This document shows, piece after piece, positions 57,711 through 64,000 of a DNA stretch of 64,000 nt (position 1 is its first letter; each line of letters begins with the position of its first letter). The DNA comes from Candidatus Poribacteria bacterium. Lineage in GTDB: Bacteria; Poribacteria; WGA-4E; PCPOR2b. A program made the translations under genes and the position numbers. The DNA lies in the NCBI GenBank assembly GCA_022822785.1, contig JAJEAL010000076.1, forward strand, positions 30,506-94,505. Reading direction: 5' to 3'. A model generated the notes under the pieces. The model searched no databases, had not been told where the DNA came from, and saw only the letters and a program-made list of their open reading frames with translations.

Positions 57711-58901
57711 ATGGACTTTACGTTGACCGCAGACCATGACGCTATCCGTAAGACTGCACGAGCGTTCTGTCGCTGTGAGCTTGTGCCACATCTCCGCGAC
57801 TGGGACCGTGCAGCGCACCTTCCACGTGAGGTCATACGGAAGATGGGGGCAGCGGGTCTGCTGGGGGTGTGCATTCCTCGGCGTTACGGTGGGTTAGGCT
57901 ACGATTACTTAAGTCTCGGTATTGTCTCCGAAGAACTAGAGCGTGCCGACAGCGCGTTCCGCGTATTGGTCGCTGTCCACCTTGGACTTAACTCGCTAGC
58001 GTTGTTTCAGTGGGGAAATGAAGCGCAAAAACAGGGTTATCTTGTCCCGCAGGCACGTGGCGAGAAATTGGCGGCGTTTGGGCTGACTGAGCCGGGTGCA
58101 GGCAGCGATGTCGCCGGTATCAGCACAACCGCCCGGCGCGATGGTAGCAGCTACATTCTCAACGGCGAGAAGATGTGGATCGGCTGCGCCGATATCGCTG
58201 ATCATTTCCTCATCTTCGCCTATACAGATCGCGAGGCGAAACACCGCGGTATCTCTGCGTTCATCGTTGAGCGCGGCTTTGAGGGCGTGACCACATCGAG
58301 CATCCACCATAAGCTAGGCGGTCGCATCGGCAATGTGGGCAGCATCTCCTTGCAGGACGTGCGTGTGCCGGTCGCAAATCGTGTCGGCGAGGAGGGCGAC
58401 GGTTTCAAAATTGCGATGAGTGCACTGGACAACGGACGCTACACCGTGGCGTCCGGCGCGGTCGGTTTGATAGAGGCGTGTCTTGAGGCAAGCGTGGCTT
58501 ACGCCACGAAACGTGAGACCTTCGGGCAACCCATCGGCAAACATCAGCTGGTCCAACAAAAAATCGCTAACATGGTCGCCGGGCGTGACATTGGGAGGCT
58601 GCTTTACTATCAGGTCGGCTGGATGAAAAATCAGGGAATGCGCTGCACACGCGAGGTGAGCCTCGCCAAATGGACGAACTGTCAACACGCCTTCCAGGCT
58701 GCGGACGACGCGATACAGATTCATGGCGCACACGGCTATAGCGACGAATATCCTGTAGAACGCTATTTTCGCAACGCCCGTGGAGCGTTAATTTATGAGG
58801 GAACACAGGAGATCCACCAGTTGATTCAAGCTGGGTATGCACTCGGTGACCGGGTTGATAAACCTGTGACGCAACCGCTGCCCTCCTATCCGTTTGAGTA
58901 G
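57711..58901 (+). CDS. Acyl-CoA dehydrogenase (glutaryl-CoA-dehydrogenase-like)
   Basis: Typical acyl-CoA dehydrogenase organisation with GLTEPGAGSD and a C-terminal IYEGTQEI. Confidence 0.85.
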   Translation: MDFTLTADHDAIRKTARAFCRCELVPHLRDWDRAAHLPREVIRKMGAAGLLGVCIPRRYGGLGYDYLSLGIVSEELERADSAFRVLVAVHLGLNSLALFQWGNEAQKQGYLVPQARGEKLAAFGLTEPGAGSDVAGISTTARRDGSSYILNGEKMWIGCADIADHFLIFAYTDREAKHRGISAFIVERGFEGVTTSSIHHKLGGRIGNVGSISLQDVRVPVANRVGEEGDGFKIAMSALDNGRYTVASGAVGLIEACLEASVAYATKRETFGQPIGKHQLVQQKIANMVAGRDIGRLLYYQVGWMKNQGMRCTREVSLAKWTNCQHAFQAADDAIQIHGAHGYSDEYPVERYFRNARGALIYEGTQEIHQLIQAGYALGDRVDKPVTQPLPSYPFE

Positions 58902-58959
58902 TCTCCAATAACATAAGAGGCACAGGTAAAAAGAAAGGGCAAAGGAGGAAAACGCATAA

Positions 58960-60153
58960 ATGACCTTGAGTCCATTGGACGGCATCCATGTTTTTGATCT
59001 GTCACGGCACTTGGCTGGTCCCTACTGCGCCATGATGTTGGGCGATTTGGGCGCGGAAGTCATCAAAGTTGAACGTCCCGGCGTCGGTGATGAAACCCGT
59101 CAGTGGGGCCCGCCGTTCCTCGGTGGCGAGTCCGCGTATTACCTCTGCTGTAACCGTAATAAAAAAAGCCTGACACTCAACCTCAAAGACAAGGGGGGCA
59201 TCGCTATTGCACAGAAACTGGCAGCACAAAGCGATGTGTTAATTGAGAATTTCCGTATCGGCGGTCTGGACGCAAGCGGTTTAGATTATGCATCGCTCAA
59301 GGAGATTAACCCGCGTCTGATTTATTGCTCCATCAGCGGTTTTGGACACACGGGCCCTGACCACGAGTTGCCGGGCTACGATTTCATGATTCAGGGACGC
59401 GGCGGTTTCATGTCCATCACCGGTGAACACGATGGAGCCCCCATGAAAGTTGGTGTCGCGATTGTGGATGTCGCCGCCGCACTGTTTGCGTGCAACGCTA
59501 TCTTGGCGGCGTTACTTGCGCGTGAGCGTACCGGCGAGGGACAGCATATTGACATCGCATTGCTCGACTCACAGATTGCACTGTTAGCAAACGTTGGGAG
59601 CAGCTATCTCTGTTCAGGTGAAGTGCCAGAACGCTGGGGTAACGCACATTCCAGTATCGTGCCGTACCAAGGGTTTCGGGCGATGGACGATTACCTCATC
59701 CTTGCTATCGGCAACGATGGGCAGTGGGAACGTTTCTGCACAGCGGCGGGGGTAAGTGCGTGGGCGGCGGATGAACGGTTTGCCACCAATCCGCAGCGCG
59801 TCGCTCACCGGACGGTATTGATTCCAATGCTAGAGGACCTGTTTCGTCAGAGATCTGTTGCAGAATGGTTACAACGCTGCGCTGATGCCGATGTTCCCGC
59901 GGGACCGGTCAACTCTCTCGATAAGGTGTTCGCTGACCCGCAGACACTAGCGCGAGGGATGCGGGTGGAGATGCCGCACCCAACGGCGGAGACCGTGCAA
60001 CTAGCAGGCACACCACTTAACCTATCGGGAACACCGACACAGATGCGGATGCCGCCGCCGCTGCTTGGAGAACACACCGACGAGATTCTTACCGGTCTGC
60101 TTGGATTGAACGACAAGGCGATTGCAGATCTGCGTCAAGACGGGGTTATTTAA
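58960..60153 (+). CDS. Family III CoA-transferase (CaiB/BaiF / formyl-CoA-transferase-like)
   Basis: LDGIHVFDLSRHLAGPYCAMMLGDLGAEVIKVERPGVGD and a catalytic Asp region. Confidence 0.85.
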   Translation: MTLSPLDGIHVFDLSRHLAGPYCAMMLGDLGAEVIKVERPGVGDETRQWGPPFLGGESAYYLCCNRNKKSLTLNLKDKGGIAIAQKLAAQSDVLIENFRIGGLDASGLDYASLKEINPRLIYCSISGFGHTGPDHELPGYDFMIQGRGGFMSITGEHDGAPMKVGVAIVDVAAALFACNAILAALLARERTGEGQHIDIALLDSQIALLANVGSSYLCSGEVPERWGNAHSSIVPYQGFRAMDDYLILAIGNDGQWERFCTAAGVSAWAADERFATNPQRVAHRTVLIPMLEDLFRQRSVAEWLQRCADADVPAGPVNSLDKVFADPQTLARGMRVEMPHPTAETVQLAGTPLNLSGTPTQMRMPPPLLGEHTDEILTGLLGLNDKAIADLRQDGVI

Positions 60154-60155
60154 AA

Positions 60156-61664
60156 ATGAGGAAAATATCGGAAACGTCCCTCTGGTTTTGTGTCCTTCTC
60201 TGCGGTGCTATGTTCTATAGTTGTGGTGGGACTTCAACAATTGAAGTCCCACCGCTCACACCACTAGAGCTGTCAAAGCCGGTACAACGATTACACGCAG
60301 CAATTGACGCCATACTGAACGACCCACTCATTGCCTCCTCAAACGTCGGGGTGAAGGTTGTTTCAATCGCAACGGGGGAGGTGCTTTATGAGAAAGACGC
60401 TGAAAAATTGTATCATCCCGCTTCAACCATGAAACTGATTACCGCAGCAACAGCACTGGCTAAACTCGGTCCAGACTACCGTTTCCATACCACGCTTTAC
60501 ATGGGTCACCTTGAAGACAGTCAGATCTCGCGGAATATCTATCTCAAAGGGCACGGTGATCCGATGTTTGATAGCGACGATCTGGAGAAGATGGTCGAAA
60601 GATTGGTGGAAATGGGTACGACAGATTTGCCGGGCGACATTGTGGTAGACGAAACCTACTTTGACGCTGTCCGATGGGGTAAAGGTTGGATGTGGGACGA
60701 TGGGCCTATCGGTGGGTACTATCCACATCTGAGTGCGCTGACGATTAACCGTAACGGTGTGCTTGTCCGCATCTCCCCCGGCAGTAAAGTTGATGATCCG
60801 GTTCGCGTTCAGCTTGACCCGCCCACAGAGTATATGAAAATTGTTAATAAAGCGACTACCGTAGGACACTCGGAAAAAACACGCCTGACAATTAAACGAA
60901 AAGATGAATCCGCCAAGGAGAACCTCCTAACGATTGATGGAATGATGGCAATCGGTCAAGCTGGGAGGAACCGACGTGTAGATGTACTTGCCCCGGCGCT
61001 CTACTGTGGCACACTATTGCGAGAAATGCTCGCAAAGCGGGGAATTACCGTCCAAGGAAAAGTGCGTTATGGCGAAGTACCTGAAGGAACAGCGGAAATC
61101 ATCACGCATGTATCCCCACCATTATCCCGTATCCTTTGGGAGATGAACAAGCCGAGCGATAACCTGATTGCCGAACTTCTGTTGAAAACAATCGGTGCTG
61201 AACTGAGCGGCAATCCGGGAACAGCAGAGAACGGCCTGGGAGCGACTAGTAATTTTTTAGGTGAAATTGGAATAGCTTGGGAACATTATACCCTTGCCGA
61301 TGGTTCGGGGGTATCTCGCTATAATTTAGTAACTGCTTCCCTGCTGACTGACCTGTTGGTCTATATGTTCCGCAATTTTGCGGTGATGCCCGACTACGTT
61401 GCGTCGCTGCCGATTGGAGGGGTGGATGGAACGCTAGCATGGCGGATGCAGGGCATGGCAGCGGAAGGGGTTTTACGCGCCAAAACCGGAACGTTGCGGG
61501 GGTTAACCGCACTTGCCGGCTATACGGTAACGTCGGACGGGGAAACGGTGGCATTCTCGATTATCATGAGCAATTATCACGGTCCTACAAGTCCGCGCCG
61601 CACCTTACAAGATAAAATTGGGAATATACTCACGCAGTTCAGCAGACGGGGTTCTATGGATTAA
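60156..61664 (+). CDS. dacB: D-alanyl-D-alanine carboxypeptidase/endopeptidase (PBP4, peptidase S13)
   Basis: Signal peptide, STMK active-site motif (PASTMKLITAATAL), SDN and KTG motifs. Confidence 0.8.
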   Translation: MRKISETSLWFCVLLCGAMFYSCGGTSTIEVPPLTPLELSKPVQRLHAAIDAILNDPLIASSNVGVKVVSIATGEVLYEKDAEKLYHPASTMKLITAATALAKLGPDYRFHTTLYMGHLEDSQISRNIYLKGHGDPMFDSDDLEKMVERLVEMGTTDLPGDIVVDETYFDAVRWGKGWMWDDGPIGGYYPHLSALTINRNGVLVRISPGSKVDDPVRVQLDPPTEYMKIVNKATTVGHSEKTRLTIKRKDESAKENLLTIDGMMAIGQAGRNRRVDVLAPALYCGTLLREMLAKRGITVQGKVRYGEVPEGTAEIITHVSPPLSRILWEMNKPSDNLIAELLLKTIGAELSGNPGTAENGLGATSNFLGEIGIAWEHYTLADGSGVSRYNLVTASLLTDLLVYMFRNFAVMPDYVASLPIGGVDGTLAWRMQGMAAEGVLRAKTGTLRGLTALAGYTVTSDGETVAFSIIMSNYHGPTSPRRTLQDKIGNILTQFSRRGSMD

Positions 61665-61801
61665 CGGAATACTCGCTACCCATAACAACCGGCATAAGAA
61701 CGCGCAATGGATTGCGCTACTACAAACAGCGGGGCAAGATGCCCGCCTACTGGGTGCAGGCGTGGCCACACCTAAAACTATGGTGAATTTTAGAATTACT
61801 T

Positions 61802-61905
61802 GGACACTCTATACCGGCGCAGTTGGAAACAGCGCCTACCAAATGGGAAACTGGACGGCGCAGTTGGAAACAGCGCCTACCAAACATGGGGATCGAAAGT
61901 GTCTA
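61802..61905. mobile_element. MITE-like repeat element, copy D (short form with a duplicated internal unit)
   Basis: AGAATTACTTGGACACT at the left end and GAAAGTGTCTA at the right end. The internal unit gcgcagttggaaacagcgcctaccaaa occurs twice in tandem. Confidence 0.65.
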
Positions 61906-61987
61906 CATATTTATATTGTTCACCATAAATAGCCTTGTGTTATCCTAGAGGCTGTTTATCCGACCTCACACAATTGAGGAGACTACA

Positions 61988-62911
61988 ATGTCCACGACTA
62001 TAGAGGATAAAGAAACAGAATTTGGGGATGTCACCATCGAACGACCTGAAGAGGGGCAACCGCACAAGGGCAAGGTGTTCGCTGCAGTTCAACCCCATGC
62101 GGACGACATCCCGCTTTTCTGTGGCGGCACAATCGCCAAATTCATCGCAGAAGGCTATACCGGCTACCTCATCCAAACAACCAATGACGAAAAGTGCGGA
62201 CCGACACCAAGTATCGGTGAAACCATCCTAAGCAATGAACGCGAGGTGGACGAGTTAGCGAAAGTGCTGGGACTCAAGGGGATTTTTAATCTTGGATACC
62301 GGAACCACCGTCTCGACGAAGCGTCACCGTTAGAGCTGCGGGCTCGACTGGTTTTCCTGTTTCGCACCTTGAAAGTTGACACCGTATTCACCTTTAACCC
62401 TTGGGGGCATAGCGAGGAGAACCCCGATCACTATGTAACCGCACATGCGGTCGAAGCCGCCCGCTGGATGGCTGGTATGGCAAAGGATTATCCAGAACAG
62501 GTAGCACTCGGCATTGCGCCCCACACGGTAAGAGAGCAGTATTACTGGGTCGCGCGTCCGGGGCAACCGTACAATCGGGTGGTCGATATCAGCGATTATA
62601 TGGATGAGAAGGTCGCTTCGATGAGCGTGAATAAATCGCAGGGACCGGCGGGCTCAAGCGGGTCCACGCTCAAAACACGACTTGAGAAGCAGGGACTGCA
62701 CTTGCCGGCACTAGATGGCGATGACGAGACAGCGGATCGTGCGTATATCAAGCTGTTCGGCTTACAAGCTTACAAAGCGCTCGGTCAGAAGTATGGGCTT
62801 GAATATGCGGAGAATTTCTACTATGTCGGTCCGGGTGGGACCTTTGTGGGCTGCGTTGACCCGGAAGAGGTTGAAAGATATATTGCCGAAAACGCGGCAC
62901 CCATCAAATAG
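61988..62911 (+). CDS. PIG-L/LmbE-family N-acetylglucosaminyl deacetylase
   Basis: VFAAVQPHADDIPLFCGGTIAKF and downstream His motifs. Confidence 0.75.
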   Translation: MSTTIEDKETEFGDVTIERPEEGQPHKGKVFAAVQPHADDIPLFCGGTIAKFIAEGYTGYLIQTTNDEKCGPTPSIGETILSNEREVDELAKVLGLKGIFNLGYRNHRLDEASPLELRARLVFLFRTLKVDTVFTFNPWGHSEENPDHYVTAHAVEAARWMAGMAKDYPEQVALGIAPHTVREQYYWVARPGQPYNRVVDISDYMDEKVASMSVNKSQGPAGSSGSTLKTRLEKQGLHLPALDGDDETADRAYIKLFGLQAYKALGQKYGLEYAENFYYVGPGGTFVGCVDPEEVERYIAENAAPIK

Positions 62912-62948
62912 GGGAAAGGTTAATCAAATTAAAGAGAGGCAGATTCAA

Positions 62949-63752
62949 ATGGGAACGAACACAGAAGCTAAACTGACTTCAGCACAACGTTACTTCTACG
63001 ACGTCAACGGTTACGTCCTGCTCAAGAGCATCCTCAGTCCGCCGGACTGTCAGCGTCTCATCGATCTGGCGGATCAGATGGACGCCGATGACGGATGCGT
63101 CTACAAGCACGACGGCTATCCGAAAACCCCGACACTTACCGTTCTCTCACGGTGTGCTTGGTATCATCCACACCTACTGGAAACAGCAATGCATCCAATC
63201 CTACTCCCGATTATTCAAGATGTGGTTGGCGGCGATGTGCGCCTTGAGGAACATCAATACCTGATTAACTACTCAAATGGGGAAGACTCTAGCAAATTAT
63301 CCCATGTCAAGGATGAGGGGTGGCACCGGGGCACTGCTCCGAATTTCGGCAGCTTTGAGGCGGATGGACACTATCACTGTATGTTTAGCAAAGCCTTCAT
63401 CTACCTGACGGATAACGGCCCGGGCGAGGGCACGTGGGTGGTGCCGGGCAGTCATCGGATGGATATCCCGACGAAGACGCTGCGCGGGTTCATGGATGAG
63501 ACCTTAGCAACGCAGCTGCAATCCCAAGCGGGCGATGTTCTCATCTTGAGCGAAACATTAATCCACGCCGGCCCCACGCTCAAAGCCGGCGCATCCCCGC
63601 GCTATTCGCTGGTCTACGGATACACGCCGCCATTCATGCAAACATGGCGGCGCTATGATCCGCCGGCAGATTTACTTGAGCAGGTGACCCCGGAGCAACG
63701 ACAGTTTTTGGCGGGTGAGATTCGCTACGGATTCCGCCGAGGAGAATTCTGA
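62949..63752 (+). CDS. Phytanoyl-CoA dioxygenase (PhyH) family oxygenase
   Basis: FYDVNGYVLLKSILSP N-terminus and a 2-His-1-Asp-like arrangement. The start is set at the ATG at 62949, downstream of an AAAGAGAGG ribosome-binding site. Confidence 0.6.
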   Translation: MGTNTEAKLTSAQRYFYDVNGYVLLKSILSPPDCQRLIDLADQMDADDGCVYKHDGYPKTPTLTVLSRCAWYHPHLLETAMHPILLPIIQDVVGGDVRLEEHQYLINYSNGEDSSKLSHVKDEGWHRGTAPNFGSFEADGHYHCMFSKAFIYLTDNGPGEGTWVVPGSHRMDIPTKTLRGFMDETLATQLQSQAGDVLILSETLIHAGPTLKAGASPRYSLVYGYTPPFMQTWRRYDPPADLLEQVTPEQRQFLAGEIRYGFRRGEF

Positions 63753-64000
63753 AAGAGAGATTTCACACTGTCAGGACTTACGCAAATTTAGCACGCGGTG
63801 CGAGATTGTTCCATTTTTAACCCCCTAAACCCCCCTTGTCAGGGGGACTTATGAATCAACAACATAAGCCATAAGTGTATTAGACGTTGGATGAAAAGAC
63901 GAAAATTGCTTCACGGAACTGTCCAAGCGGTCGTCCATCATAAGTTACATTTAGAGGGATGACAGTGCGTTGGGCACCGTTGATGTGTGTCGGAATGGGA

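Overview
This 64-kb window looks like a chromosomal segment from an uncultivated bacterium. GC content is around 50% and the genes are densely packed on both strands. I identified all genes from motifs recognised by eye in the six-frame ORF translations, not from any database search. The main blocks, in order, are: (1) an AT-rich leader, then a three-gene operon encoding a UvrD-like helicase fused to a Cas4/AddB-type Fe-S PD-(D/E)xK nuclease, followed by Type III restriction-modification Mod and Res subunits. (2) A GntR/FadR-type regulator. (3) A nine-gene cobalamin (corrinoid)-dependent methyl-transfer cluster: an unknown 211-aa protein, a UroD/MtaA-family methyltransferase, a corrinoid protein, a RamA-like reductive activase, an MTHFR with a Cys-rich C-terminal domain, a pterin-binding methyl-THF:corrinoid methyltransferase, a small basic protein, an Ldh_2-family dehydrogenase and a stand-alone homocysteine S-methyltransferase domain. 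Together these resemble a disassembled methionine synthase or an O-/S-demethylase system. (4) A frameshifted IS605-family tnpB with its right-end hairpin. (5) Metabolic genes: an enolase-superfamily protein, an HExxH peptidase-like protein, two PhyH dioxygenases, prpB/prpC, argB, an acyl-CoA dehydrogenase, a CoA-transferase, PBP4, a PIG-L deacetylase, a Gfo/Idh/MocA oxidoreductase and a TIM-barrel isomerase. (6) A toxin-antitoxin pair (DUF104-like antitoxin plus MazF/PemK toxin), an NtrC-like sigma-54 regulator and a prepilin peptidase. (7) A minus-strand TolC / membrane-fusion protein / ABC-ATPase operon that ends in a GHMP-kinase-like gene and has no permease. (8) A probable catalytically dead caspase-like/PEGA membrane protein translationally coupled to a DAC (c-di-AMP cyclase)-like protein. 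(9) TPR proteins, an outer-membrane-like protein and an ExbB/TonB pair with no ExbD. (10) A two-domain ABC permease, followed by a perfect 29-bp palindrome, a consensus sigma-70 promoter, a roughly 185-nt terminator-ended structured RNA candidate, a small secreted Cys/Tyr/Trp-rich protein and two paralogous membrane-anchored proteins. A miniature inverted-repeat element family (ends TAGACACT ... AGTGTCTA) sits in four intergenic regions. No rRNA, tRNA or CRISPR array was recognised.
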